64,000 nucleotides of DNA, taken from NCBI GenBank assembly GCA_037190965.1, contig JBBCKI010000019.1, forward strand, positions 32,001-96,000, written 5' to 3'. A program made the translations under genes and the position numbers. Position 1 is the first letter of the stretch. Each line of letters begins with the position of its first letter. Shown here in pieces: positions 9,889 to 23,108 of this stretch. The notes below the pieces were generated by a model. It saw nothing but the letters and a program-made list of their open reading frames with translations, searched no databases and was not told the origin of the DNA. This stretch comes from Chthoniobacteraceae bacterium (lineage in GTDB: Bacteria; Verrucomicrobiota; Verrucomicrobiia; Chthoniobacterales; Chthoniobacteraceae).

Positions 9889-11526
9889 ATGAACCGCACA
9901 GCGGCGCTCGCCGCGATCTTTCTGATTTGGGCCGCGATTTTTTTACCCGGCCTTGGGAGTCCCGAACTGAAGGGAGAGGAAGGTCGCCGGATCCTTCCCG
10001 CCCTTGCCATGCTCGACACCGGTAATTGGCTGGTGCCGTATCTCAATGGCGAGCCATATCTTCGCAAACCGCCGATGATCAATTGGTTGATCGCTGCTTC
10101 GGTCGAAGTGACGGGTGAACGGAGCGAGCGGGCCGCGCGGCTTCCCTCGGTACTGGCCGTGCTGGCTCTCGGGTTGACGCTGGTCTGGACCGGGAGTCGC
10201 TGGTTGCCGCCCGGCGGCGGATTCACGGCGGCGGTCTTCACTTTGACGAGTGTCGCATTTCTGGAGAAGGGGAGGCTGGCTGAAATCGAAGCCATTTATG
10301 TTTCATTGACGGGGATCGCTTTCGCTTTCTGGCTCGCAGCCTGGGCGTGCCGGGAGAGCGGGTGGCGGCTCTGGCTGATCCCCGGGATCGCTCTCGGGTT
10401 GGGCATGCTGACCAAAGGGCCGAGTCATCTGCTGCTCTTCTATGGAGTTATCATCCCGGTCCTGATCGCTTCGCGCGAGAAGCGGCAGCTCTGGAGCCCG
10501 GCGCATCTTGGTTCCTTCGCGCTGGCGTTGCTCATTTTCGCGGCTTGGGCCGTTCCGTATTTCCGGGCTGCGGCGGAGATGGGAGCCGGAGAAGTCTGGG
10601 CAAGCCAGGCGGGTAACGCGGCTGGGGGCGGTAGCCTCAAGTTGGGCGAATGGCTCCCCAACTTTCCCCGCGCGCTTTCCAACGGGCTCCCTTGGATCCT
10701 GTTGACGTGGCTTTGGTGGAACCGCCGCGCGCTTGAGGCTCTGGGAGCGCGTGATGAACGGCTCGTGCAACTCGTTCGGGCCGCTCGGTGGCCCTTGGTA
10801 ATCGGGTTTGTCGGGCTCATGATTATTCCGGGGGTGCTCCCGCGTTATACGCTCCCCCTCGTGCCCGCCGGCGCGCTTTTGCTGGCGGCGGTGGTCCCTT
10901 TCATTGCCCTTCCAGGGCTGAAGTTCTGGCAGTGGGCTAACCGGGTGTTGATGGGAGTGGTGCTGGTGGGGGCGGCGGCTTCTCCATGGATCGTCAAGCC
11001 TGCCGCTTTCCGGACTGAGTCGTGGCTCGACGTGGCAGTTCTGGTTGGGGCGGCGTTGCTGTTGCCGCCCACTGCGATCTGGATCTTTCGCAGGCGTGAG
11101 GCAAAAACTTCCACGTTGGCGGCAGAAAGTGCCTTATGCATCGCCGGGGCCATGATGGTCTATGCCATCGCCGTGCTCCCCAGGATGGACCTGCGGGACG
11201 ACCTGAGACCCATCGCAAAACAGATCAATGCGGCAGTTTCTGCCGGGCAACCCCTCCACGTGATCACCTCCGGCTACGAGCCGTTCTTTTTTTATCTGGA
11301 AATGCCCTGCATTTTCCAAAAGTCGCCAAAGAAAATCGCCGACAATGCCGAGCAAATCCTCTTCCCCGCAGGGGCGATGAAGAAAGTGAAATCGCGCTGG
11401 CCAGAGGCTTCGGATGCCATAAGGTTGGAACGTCGTGGCAAAAAAGATTTTTTCCTCTTGAAACTCTCGCCTGAAAGGGGGAAAAACCCCCGCCCAAAAC
11501 GGGACCATTCAGGCACTGGAGCTTGA
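9889..11526 (+). CDS. ArnT/GT-C (family 39/83) membrane glycosyltransferase
   Basis: EEGRR...AMLDTGNWLVPYLNGEPYLRKPP, ARLPS, GMLTKGP; many TM helices. Confidence 0.88.
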   Translation: MNRTAALAAIFLIWAAIFLPGLGSPELKGEEGRRILPALAMLDTGNWLVPYLNGEPYLRKPPMINWLIAASVEVTGERSERAARLPSVLAVLALGLTLVWTGSRWLPPGGGFTAAVFTLTSVAFLEKGRLAEIEAIYVSLTGIAFAFWLAAWACRESGWRLWLIPGIALGLGMLTKGPSHLLLFYGVIIPVLIASREKRQLWSPAHLGSFALALLIFAAWAVPYFRAAAEMGAGEVWASQAGNAAGGGSLKLGEWLPNFPRALSNGLPWILLTWLWWNRRALEALGARDERLVQLVRAARWPLVIGFVGLMIIPGVLPRYTLPLVPAGALLLAAVVPFIALPGLKFWQWANRVLMGVVLVGAAASPWIVKPAAFRTESWLDVAVLVGAALLLPPTAIWIFRRREAKTSTLAAESALCIAGAMMVYAIAVLPRMDLRDDLRPIAKQINAAVSAGQPLHVITSGYEPFFFYLEMPCIFQKSPKKIADNAEQILFPAGAMKKVKSRWPEASDAIRLERRGKKDFFLLKLSPERGKNPRPKRDHSGTGA

Positions 11527-11752
11527 AACCAAAATTTGTCTGGAATCAGAAATTCAAATGATTGACAGATTTTCGGTTTTCCGGCACCAATGCGGTTGGC
11601 TGAAGGTACTTTTTTGCCGACGTTTTTATTGTCCATCAATGCCGTTGAACATGCCGAAACATTTCGAACCCATTGCTTCCGAGGCCCTTGGCTCCGAATC
11701 GGCGCAAAGTTTTAAAAACCAGCCCCTCAATTTGACCCTCTCGTAAGCGACC

Positions 11753-12402
11753 ATGGCGAATATTTTCCCGCGTTGGAGTAACCTCCTTCCGCTCAAGCTT
11801 TTGATCTGCGCCGCTGTTTTGGGTGCTGGCTTGACGGGGGGGATCTGGTACTACTTCACCCCCAAGTACACCCGCGTCGGCTACATGCCGGTGCAACCGG
11901 TGCCTTTCTCCCACAAGATCCACGTCGGCCAGTTGGGGCTCGATTGCCGGTATTGCCACAGCTTCGTTGAGGTGGCGGCGCACTCGAACATCCCCAACAC
12001 CCAGACCTGCATGAACTGCCACTCGCAGGTGCAGAAGGAAAACCCGAAGCTCAAGCCGGTTCATGACTCTTGGGCCACCGGGAAGCCGATCGACTGGGTG
12101 CAGATCCACAAAACGCCCGATTACGTCTACTTCAACCACTCCGTTCACGTGAATCGCGGGATCAGCTGCTACAGCTGCCACGGACCGGTCAACGAGATGG
12201 AGGTCGTCTATCACCGCGAACCGCTCAGCATGGCGTGGTGTCTGGACTGTCACCGCAATCCCGAAAACCACCTCAGACCACCCCAGGAGGTCTTCAACCT
12301 CAACTGGCAGCCACCTGCCGGAACGACCCAGAGGAATATTGGTCTGGAGTTGAAAGACAAGTGGAACGTGAACCCGCCTGAGAACTGCGCTGGCTGCCAT
12401 CG

Positions 12403-12406
<4 letters not shown>
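11753..12406 (+). CDS. actA: alternative complex III pentaheme cytochrome c ActA
   Basis: five CxxCH (CRYCH, CMNCH, CYSCH, CLDCH, CAGCH), PVQPVPFSHKIH, N-terminal TM. Confidence 0.93.
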
Positions 12407-15542
<3,136 letters not shown>

Positions 15543-15543
<1 letters not shown>

Positions 15544-17018
15544 TGGCTAACGGCTCCACAATTTCAGCTCCCGACGAGTACGAGCAGCAGAAAGCTGCCG
15601 TCACCCGGGTTCCACTGGTCACCAATGACCGGAACATCCCCTGGGTCACCCAGCATGTCTCCGACATCGTCGAATCCAGGACGCCCATCTGGTGGTGGGT
15701 GTCGATCTTCTTCACCAGCCTCGTCGCCGCGTTCGGTCTGTTCTGCATCGCTTACCAGATCTCCACTGGCGTCGGCGTCTGGGGTGAGAACCACCCGGTC
15801 GGTTGGGCTTGGGACATCACGAACTTCGTGTTCTGGATCGGTATCGGTCACGCCGGTACCCTCATTTCCGCGATTTTGTTCCTGACTCGTCAGAAATGGC
15901 GTACCTCCATTAACCGCGCCGCCGAGGCGATGACGATCTTTGCGGTCGTTTGCGCCGGTATTTTCCCCGGCATTCACGTCGGTCGCGTCTGGATGGCCTG
16001 GTATCTCGCGCCGCTGCCGAACGCGAACGCCATCTGGCCGAACTTCCGCAGCCCCCTCCTCTGGGACGTGTTTGCGGTCTCGACCTATTTCACGGTGTCT
16101 CTGTTGTTCTGGTACGTCGGTCTGGTTCCTGACCTCGCGACGCTCCGCGACCGGGCCAAGTCGAAGGTTTCCAAGTTCGCTTACGGGCTCTTCGCCCTCG
16201 GCTGGCGCGGCGGCAACCGTCAGTGGCGGCACTACGAGATGGCCTATCTGATCCTGGCCGGTATCTCGACCCCGCTGGTGCTTTCGGTGCACTCCGTCGT
16301 GTCGTTCGACTTCGCGACCTCCGTTCTCCCCGGCTGGCACGCCACCATCTTCCCGCCTTACTTCGTCGCGGGCGCCATTTTCGGCGGGTTTGCCATGGTG
16401 TTGACGATCCTTCTTCCCGCGCGGCTGCTCTATCCGCAGCTCAAGGACATGATCACCCCGCAGCACATCGACAAGATGTGCAAGATCATCCTCCTGACCG
16501 GCAGCATCGTCGGTTACGCCTACGCGATGGAGTTCTTCATGGCATGGTACGGGGCGAACCCTTACGAGATCTGGGTCTTCCTCCGCAACCGCGTGGCGGA
16601 TCCCTACGTGTTCGGTCCGCTTTTCAACGTGCCTCCGGCTCCCTACTGGTGGGCCTACTGGGCCATGATCGGGTGCAACGTGCTTGCCCCGCAGGTCTTC
16701 TGGTTCAAGAAAAACCGCCACAACCTGATTCTCGTTTTCATCATCGTCAACCTGGTCAACGCGGGAATGTGGTTCGAGCGTTTCGTGATCATCGTCACCT
16801 CACTGCACCGCGACTTCCTCCCTTCCTCGTGGGGGATGTTCCACCCGACCTGGGCCGAGATCGGCCTCTTCGTGGGCACCTTCGGGATCTTCCTGACTCT
16901 GTTCCTTCTGTTCATGCGCTTCCTGCCGATGGTCACCATCTTCGAAGTGAAGACGGTATTGCCTGAGGCGGACCCGCACCATCACCCCAACACGCATAAA
17001 GGGGAGGTTTCACACTAA
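15543..17018 (+). CDS. actC: alternative complex III quinol-binding subunit ActC (NrfD/PsrC)
   Basis: [52 protein letters not shown]. Confidence 0.96.
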
Positions 17019-17563
17019 TGGCTGAGCATCGAAAAGTTTACGGTATCGCGGCGGAATTCGAGAGTTCCGCAGACCTCATGCACGCTGCCGAGAAGGTGCG
17101 CGACGCAGGGTTCAAACGCTGGGACGTCCACTCGCCCTTCCCGATCCACGGGATGGACGCCGCGATGGGGCTTGGAAAGTCATGGTTGAGCGCTCTCGTT
17201 TTTTGCGGCGGCGTCACAGGCCTGATTACCGCAGCGCTCCTGCAGTTCATTCCTTCGTCGATCATCTACCCGATGATCGTTCACGGAAAGCCGTATGACT
17301 TTATGACGGTCCCGGCGTTCTTCCCGATCATGTTCGAGTTGACGATTCTTCTCTCCGCTGCGGCTTGTATCTCCGGCCTCTGCGTGTTCACTCAACTGCC
17401 GAAGTGGTATCACCCGATGTTCAACTGGGATCGCTTCAACCGCGTGACCGATAACGGGTTCTTCCTCGTCATCGAATCCCGCGATCCGAAATTCTCCGAA
17501 TCAAAAACCCGCCAGTTCCTCGACGAACTCGGGGGATCGCATGTCACCCTGGTGCATGATTAA
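17018..17563 (+). CDS. actD: alternative complex III subunit ActD (DUF3341)
   Basis: DVHSPFPIHGMD, FELTIL, position after actC. Confidence 0.92.
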   Translation: MAEHRKVYGIAAEFESSADLMHAAEKVRDAGFKRWDVHSPFPIHGMDAAMGLGKSWLSALVFCGGVTGLITAALLQFIPSSIIYPMIVHGKPYDFMTVPAFFPIMFELTILLSAAACISGLCVFTQLPKWYHPMFNWDRFNRVTDNGFFLVIESRDPKFSESKTRQFLDELGGSHVTLVHD

Positions 17564-17590
17564 GCCCCGCAATAAGCGTCACTAAGACCA

Positions 17591-18277
17591 ATGCTCAGAT
17601 ATTTCTTTATCAGTTTTACTCTGGCCGTCATCGCAGTGATGGCGATCGCCGGGTTCCGGGGCGAAAAGAGCCGCAAGGCTCCGATCGAGATCTTCCCCGA
17701 CATGGATCGGCAGCCGCGCTATAACGCGCAGCACAAGAGCGACTTCTATGCCGACGGGCGCGCAGCCCGGCAGCATGTGGAAGGTACCGTGCCGCAAGGT
17801 TTTGTTCAGCCAGGGCTGTACTCCACGACCCAGGGAAACAACGCCCGTAAGCTGACGGGGCCGGCGGGATTCGGAAACTTCCCGACTTACGCCGACACCG
17901 GCAAGATCGGCGAAGTTTGGGGCGATGGGATTCCGCTTCCTGAGTTGAACGTTGCCGTTCTTGAACGCGGCCGCGAACGTTACAACATCAGCTGCGCCGT
18001 TTGTCACGGCGAAGTGGGCGATGGCAACGGGGTCGTCTCCAAGTACGGGTTCGGCGGCATCGCCAACCTCCAGGAGGCCCGGTTCCGCACGATGGCCGAC
18101 GGCCATATCTTCCAGACCATCACCCATGGTAAAGGCAACATGGGAGCTTACGGCTCGAACATCACCGTTGAAGACCGTTGGGCAATCATCGCCTACATTC
18201 GCGCGCTGCAGAAGAGCCAGAACGCCAGCATCAACGACGTCCCCGCTCAAATTCTTACAGATTTGGAAAAGCAATGA
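17591..18277 (+). CDS. actE: alternative complex III monoheme cytochrome c ActE
   Basis: DMDRQP, FYADGR, CAVCH, MGAY...DRWAIIAYIRALQ. Confidence 0.9.
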   Translation: MLRYFFISFTLAVIAVMAIAGFRGEKSRKAPIEIFPDMDRQPRYNAQHKSDFYADGRAARQHVEGTVPQGFVQPGLYSTTQGNNARKLTGPAGFGNFPTYADTGKIGEVWGDGIPLPELNVAVLERGRERYNISCAVCHGEVGDGNGVVSKYGFGGIANLQEARFRTMADGHIFQTITHGKGNMGAYGSNITVEDRWAIIAYIRALQKSQNASINDVPAQILTDLEKQ

Positions 18278-19488
18278 GTGATCATTCTCACACACCGGAA
18301 CTTAAGTCCGACTTTTTTGACGGCAGGAAGGCGAACTCCCTCGCGGCCATTTTTGGCGGCGTAGGCGTGGCGGCCCTGATCATCTCGTTGTTTCTCGGGC
18401 TCTACACCGGGGAGGATCTGAGCTTCCGGCAACTCTCCTTTTCATGGCTGTTTGCGGTTGTCTATTTCTTCGCCATTGCTTGCGGTGCGCTGTTCTGGAC
18501 CTTCGTCCACTACGCCACCGATGCAGAGTGGTCGGTTGTCGTTCGCCGTCAGTTGGAGAATCTCGGAACGGTGATGCCGGTCCTCTGTGCGTTCTTCTTC
18601 GCGGGGATCATCTTCTTTGCGCCCTATCTCTTCAAGTGGTGGACCATCCCGCCAGGGGCCGACGAGCTTCTCGACAAGAAAATCGCCTACCTGAACCCGT
18701 CGTTCTTCCTTGGCCGCGCGGTGTTCTACTTCGTCGCTCTCAGTCTGCTCGGAATCTTTATCCGGCGGAACTCGATTAAACAGGACATCGATGGGCACCC
18801 CGCTTACACGGTCCGCAATCGCGTGCTCTCCTTCATCGGGATTCCCGCCGTCGGTCTTTCGCTGACCTTTGCGGCAGTGGACTGGCTCATGAGCCTGGAC
18901 TTCCACTGGTTTTCCACCATGTGGGGTGTCTACATCTTCGCCGGTGGCGTCGGGGGCGCAATGGGAACGCTCGTCCTTCTTGTGACGTGGCTCCGGTCCA
19001 ACGGGCACCTCAAAGGGGTGACCATTGAGCACTACCACATCATGGGCAAGCTGATGCTCGCCTTCTGCGTCTTCTGGGCTTACATCGGCTACAGCCAGTA
19101 TATGCTCATCTGGTACGCGAACATGCCGGAGGAAACGGTTTACTTCATCCGCCGGAATACTGAAACGTGGTGGTACCTGAGCTTGGCTCTCGTGATCTTC
19201 CGCTTTTTCCTTCCTTTCCCTGTTCTCCTCTTTCAGGCGACCAAGAAGAATCCAAAATGGCTCTGCCTCGTCGCGGCGTGGCTCCTCATCATGCAGGCCC
19301 TCGATCTCTACATCGTCATCATGCCGATGTTGCATGTGAAGGGTGTTGATTTCACCTTCCTCGACGTGACTTGCTTCGTGGCTGTAGGCGGCATCGTGGC
19401 GGCCTACTTCCTCTGGAGACTTCCCAAAACCAATTTGTTCCCGGCTCGCGATCCGCGTCTCCCGGAATCCCTCCGTCTTACCAATTAG
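18274..19488 (+). CDS. actF: alternative complex III membrane subunit ActF
   Basis: DWLMSLDFHWFSTMWG, YSQYMLIWYANMPEE; ATG overlaps actE stop. Confidence 0.92.
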   Translation: MSDHSHTPELKSDFFDGRKANSLAAIFGGVGVAALIISLFLGLYTGEDLSFRQLSFSWLFAVVYFFAIACGALFWTFVHYATDAEWSVVVRRQLENLGTVMPVLCAFFFAGIIFFAPYLFKWWTIPPGADELLDKKIAYLNPSFFLGRAVFYFVALSLLGIFIRRNSIKQDIDGHPAYTVRNRVLSFIGIPAVGLSLTFAAVDWLMSLDFHWFSTMWGVYIFAGGVGGAMGTLVLLVTWLRSNGHLKGVTIEHYHIMGKLMLAFCVFWAYIGYSQYMLIWYANMPEETVYFIRRNTETWWYLSLALVIFRFFLPFPVLLFQATKKNPKWLCLVAAWLLIMQALDLYIVIMPMLHVKGVDFTFLDVTCFVAVGGIVAAYFLWRLPKTNLFPARDPRLPESLRLTN

Positions 19489-19489
19489 T

Positions 19490-19990
19490 ATGGCTCAACC
19501 AAGAACAGCGCGTATCGGCCTCGGCTTTATCTGGGGTATATTGGGCTTCTGCCTGCTCGGACTGCTTGTCGCGATCTTCCGCGGTGGGCCTACCCCCGGT
19601 GACGCTTACGAAGATCAACGTGCCGCAGAGCGGACCAAGCGGCTTGCCGAGCTGCGCGAGGAAGCGCATGCGAAGCTTACGAAGTATGCGGTCGATAAGG
19701 AGAAGAAGACCGCACAGATCCCGATCGAGCGCGCCATGGAGCTGACGCTCAAGGATCTGGTTGCCAAGGGAATTTCCCCCAGTGCCGAGAAGGCCGAGAT
19801 CGTCCCGAGCCTCTTGGTTCCTCCGTATCTGAAGCCAGCCGTCGCAACCGAAGCTGCTCCGCAAGAAGCAGCGCCCGCTGCTTCGGCGGCTCCCATCCCT
19901 GCCGCTGCCGAACCGACGCCCGCCAGCCAGCCCAGCCCGGCTGCCGAGCCCCAAACTCCCGCCACCCCGGCTGCTCCCAGCGAGAACTAG
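19490..19990 (+). CDS. single-TM protein, probable ActG, with Pro/Ala-rich tail
   Basis: one TM helix, IPIERAMEL motif, position directly after actF. Confidence 0.55.
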   Translation: MAQPRTARIGLGFIWGILGFCLLGLLVAIFRGGPTPGDAYEDQRAAERTKRLAELREEAHAKLTKYAVDKEKKTAQIPIERAMELTLKDLVAKGISPSAEKAEIVPSLLVPPYLKPAVATEAAPQEAAPAASAAPIPAAAEPTPASQPSPAAEPQTPATPAAPSEN

Positions 19991-20001
19991 AATTTTTTTC
20001 A

Positions 20002-21519
20002 ATGAGCGTGCCTTCCACAGTTACTCGACAGTCCTCCGGGAGAGAAGTGATCCCCGGCGAACTCGAACAGGTTGAACGGGCGTCAATCGATGCCTCCGCG
20101 CGGGTCCCCGTGCTAACCTTTTATGCCTCAGCGGTATTCTGGCTTCTGGTCCAGACCGTTCTCGGCGTGATCAACGCCGTCAAGGTCCAGTGGCCGGAGT
20201 TTCTCGACGGCTGCGCCTGGCTGACTTTTGGCCGACTCTTTCCGGTCCAGAACAGTCTGATGATTTACGGCTGGGCGAGCCTTGCCGGTATCGGCACCGC
20301 CCTCTGGATTCTTGCGCGCCTTTGCCGCGTTGCCCTTCCGAAGCCGGCGATGCTGCTCACGGGAACGATGCTCTGGAACGTGGCGCTGATCGCGGGCTCC
20401 CTCGAGATCCTCGCCGGGAACGGACGCGGGTTGATTTATCTGGAGTTTCCGAGGTACGTCTTCGGGCTTCTCTTCGTCGCCTATAGTATAGTGGCGGTGT
20501 GGGGAGTAATCCTGTTTTTCAATCGCCGCCCCGGGCATATCTACATTTCCGCGTGGTATCTCATCGCGGCGCTCTTCTGGTTCCCTTGGCTCGTCGGTGG
20601 CACGAACCTTCTGCTCGGCTCCGGGCTTCCCGGTGCGGCCGGTGTTCAGGGGGTGATGCAGGCGATCGTCAATGCGTGGTTCGCACAGAACGTGATCAAT
20701 CTCTGGTTGAGCGCGATTGGCTTGGGTGCCATTTACTACCTTGTTCCGAAGGTGGTTGGCCGCCCGATTCATAGTTATCACCTTGCTTCTGTCGGTTTTT
20801 GGTCGTTCGCGATCTTCTCGGTCTGGACCGGCGGCCAGCGCCTTGCCGGTGGCCCTGTTCCTGCCTGGGTCATCACCGTGGGGATCGTCGCGGCGATCCT
20901 GATGCTCATCCCCGTCGCCACCGTGACGGCCAATTACTTCATGACGATGAAGGGCAAGTTCAATCTTGTCTATCACAGCCCGACCATCCGGTTCGTGTTC
21001 TTCGGGGCCGTGGCTTACACGCTCGCCAATCTCGTGTTGGTGGCGGGTTCCTTCCGCAGCCTCAGCAACATCACCCAGTACACCTGGTTTACGGTGGGCA
21101 GCGATTACCTCTTCATCTACGGCTTCTACTCGATGGTGATGTTCGGGGCGATGTACTACATTATCCCGCGTCTGGTCGGCTGCGAATGGCTCTCCGCCAG
21201 TTTCATCAAGCTCCACTTCTGGGGCACCGCTTACGGATGGGGAATGACCATCGCCATGCTGCTGCTGGCCGGTTACTCACAAGGGCAGATGCTGGCGAAC
21301 GTGCATGAGGTTCATGCGACCAACGCCGGGGCTGACTTCATGCTTTCGGTATCCGCAGCGTTGCCGTTCCTCCGTGGACGCAGCATCGCCCAGATCCTAC
21401 TCTGCGTCGGCCAACTCTTCTTTGCCCTTAACTTCCTGCTGATGTTGCTGCGTCTTGGCCGTCCAAGCGGAGCCCAGCCCACCCTGTTCGCACCCATCCA
21501 CGAAGGAGCCAAGTCGTGA
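20002..21519 (+). CDS. CcoN-like (cbb3 subunit I fold) protein lacking all heme/CuB ligand histidines
   Basis: aligns by eye to CcoN motifs (FGRL, HIYISAWY, YYLVPK..GRP, AMYYIIPRL, LHFW) but ligand positions read Q83, Q229, Q279/R280, S367, Y369. Confidence 0.88.
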   Translation: MSVPSTVTRQSSGREVIPGELEQVERASIDASARVPVLTFYASAVFWLLVQTVLGVINAVKVQWPEFLDGCAWLTFGRLFPVQNSLMIYGWASLAGIGTALWILARLCRVALPKPAMLLTGTMLWNVALIAGSLEILAGNGRGLIYLEFPRYVFGLLFVAYSIVAVWGVILFFNRRPGHIYISAWYLIAALFWFPWLVGGTNLLLGSGLPGAAGVQGVMQAIVNAWFAQNVINLWLSAIGLGAIYYLVPKVVGRPIHSYHLASVGFWSFAIFSVWTGGQRLAGGPVPAWVITVGIVAAILMLIPVATVTANYFMTMKGKFNLVYHSPTIRFVFFGAVAYTLANLVLVAGSFRSLSNITQYTWFTVGSDYLFIYGFYSMVMFGAMYYIIPRLVGCEWLSASFIKLHFWGTAYGWGMTIAMLLLAGYSQGQMLANVHEVHATNAGADFMLSVSAALPFLRGRSIAQILLCVGQLFFALNFLLMLLRLGRPSGAQPTLFAPIHEGAKS

Positions 21520-22187
21520 AGCCTACGCCACTTCTTTTTGCCGGAATCTTTGCTTCGTTTGCCGCCGCCTGGCTTGGTCTGATCGTCGCGTCTGACACGC
21601 AGATCGGTAACCTCCAGCCGCAGGTTGACGAAGAGAACGCCGATGTTTACCCGATCAACGTAGCCGGACTCGCCGAGCAAGGCCGCCGCGTCTACATTGC
21701 CAATGGTTGCAACTATTGCCACACGCAATTGGTTCGCGAACCCCATGCCGGCCCGGACATCGCGCGGGAATGGGGCACCCGCCGCACGGTTGCCCGGGAC
21801 TACATTTACGAGAGCGGCGCTGTCATCGGGTTCATGCGAAACGGTCCGGATCTCGCCAACATCGGCGCTCCCAAGGCTGAGAATTCAAGACGGGGCTACG
21901 TCAATGATCCGAAGTGGCAGTACGCGCATCTTTACAATCCGCGCGCGACCACCCCGGCTTCAAACATGCCCGCCTATCGCTATCTCTTCGAGAAGAGGAA
22001 GATTAGTGGCGAGCGCTCCGAGAACGCGCTGAACCTGACGGAAGCCGACGGAGTTGAGGCCGGTTACGAAATGGTCCCCAACAATGACGCCAAGGCGCTC
22101 GTCGCCTACCTCCTCTCTTTGGATAGGAGCCATCCCTTAAAAGAAGTCAAAGGAGCCGCGCCTGCCCCCGCCGCTGCTGCCAAGTGA
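21516..22187 (+). CDS. ccoO: CcoO-like membrane-anchored monoheme cytochrome c
   Basis: GRRVYIANGCNYCHTQLVR, GPDLANIG, HLYNPR...SNMPAY (axial Met). Confidence 0.85.
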   Translation: MKPTPLLFAGIFASFAAAWLGLIVASDTQIGNLQPQVDEENADVYPINVAGLAEQGRRVYIANGCNYCHTQLVREPHAGPDIAREWGTRRTVARDYIYESGAVIGFMRNGPDLANIGAPKAENSRRGYVNDPKWQYAHLYNPRATTPASNMPAYRYLFEKRKISGERSENALNLTEADGVEAGYEMVPNNDAKALVAYLLSLDRSHPLKEVKGAAPAPAAAAK

Positions 22188-22906
22188 GCACGAAGAGCCC
22201 AGATCCTTTAATGCCCATGCAACCAGGAGAAGACGAAATTGATTATCGCGAAACGGCCGATGTGACGCGTGTCCACGGCGCAGTGAAGCGCGAGCACAAG
22301 GAACCGGAGGCGGGCATCGTCCCGGTGCCGGTCTGGTGGTTTGCCGTGGTCATCCTTGTGACCTTCGGAGCCGCCTTCTACTTCGGACAGTTCGGCGGCG
22401 GCTTCAGTGGGGAAGTCTTCAATGAACGCGAAGGTTCGCTGGCTGCCGGCGCGAAAGAAGGCGGTGCTGCCGCCGGGGCGGAAGCTGCCAAAGAGCAATC
22501 CCTCGCCGAGATCGGCAAAAAGGTTTTCAACCAGAACTGCGCTTCCTGCCATCAGGCTAACGGGCTGGGGCTCCCCGGCACTTATCCTCCCTTGGCGGCA
22601 TCGCACTGGGTCAGTGGTTCCACCAAGCGTCTGACGGCGCTCGTCCTTAAGGGGATGCAGGGGCCCGTTGTGATCGAAGGGAAGAGTTACAATGGAGCGA
22701 TGCCCGCCTGGGGCCGCGACTTCAACGACAAGAAGATGGCGGCCGTCCTGAGCTACATTCGCTCGGCCTGGGGCAACACGGCGGGAGAGATCACTCCCGA
22801 ACAGGTCGCCGTGGTTCGGGCAGAGTTCGCCAGCCGGACAGAGTCATTCGCTCCGCCGGAGTTGGAAGCCATTACGGAGGATATCCCCGCGGTACCCGCC
22901 CCTTAA
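22184..22906 (+). CDS. membrane-anchored monoheme cytochrome c (in the CcoP position)
   Basis: PVPVWW before TM, CASCH, YPPLA, GAMPAWG. Confidence 0.88.
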   Translation: MSTKSPDPLMPMQPGEDEIDYRETADVTRVHGAVKREHKEPEAGIVPVPVWWFAVVILVTFGAAFYFGQFGGGFSGEVFNEREGSLAAGAKEGGAAAGAEAAKEQSLAEIGKKVFNQNCASCHQANGLGLPGTYPPLAASHWVSGSTKRLTALVLKGMQGPVVIEGKSYNGAMPAWGRDFNDKKMAAVLSYIRSAWGNTAGEITPEQVAVVRAEFASRTESFAPPELEAITEDIPAVPAP

Positions 22907-22909
22907 ATC

Positions 22910-22937
22910 TTGCCATAATTAGTAGAATTTATATAAT
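22910..22937 (+). promoter_or_regulatory. putative internal sigma70 promoter for the aa3 oxidase genes
   Basis: TTGCCA-N16-TATAAT in an AT-rich patch. Confidence 0.65.
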
Positions 22938-23108
22938 CCCTGAAACCCCAGCCATCCCGGCGTCTTCTGCGCGGTATTCTGCAGCAAAAGCTCTCTCTTG
23001 AGCGAGCGTCTGGACGGCGTAAGTTCGCCCCGTCGAATTTGCTGCGGTCCTCAAAAGACCGCGGGTTTCACACATTTCAGCGTCGCCAAAGCCTCAGCAA
23101 TCACACCC

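Noticed and set aside
11626..11639. FNR/CRP-like box upstream of actA (TTATT-GTCC-ATCAA)
   Set aside because: Only the right half-site matches TTGAT-N4-ATCAA; too weak in an AT-rich promoter region.
19840..19985. Pro/Ala-rich repeats (also 22155-22185 and 27440-27515) as a repeat array
   Set aside because: Low-complexity protein linkers without a fixed-period DNA repeat.
20002..21519. ccoN-like gene as an ordinary pseudogene
   Set aside because: No stops or frameshifts, normal codon usage, coupled to ccoO, and the substitutions concentrate on catalytic positions.
20002..22906. Functional cbb3 (high-affinity) oxidase ccoNOP
   Set aside because: The CcoN-like subunit has none of the heme/CuB ligand histidines, and no ccoQ or ccoGHIS genes are seen.
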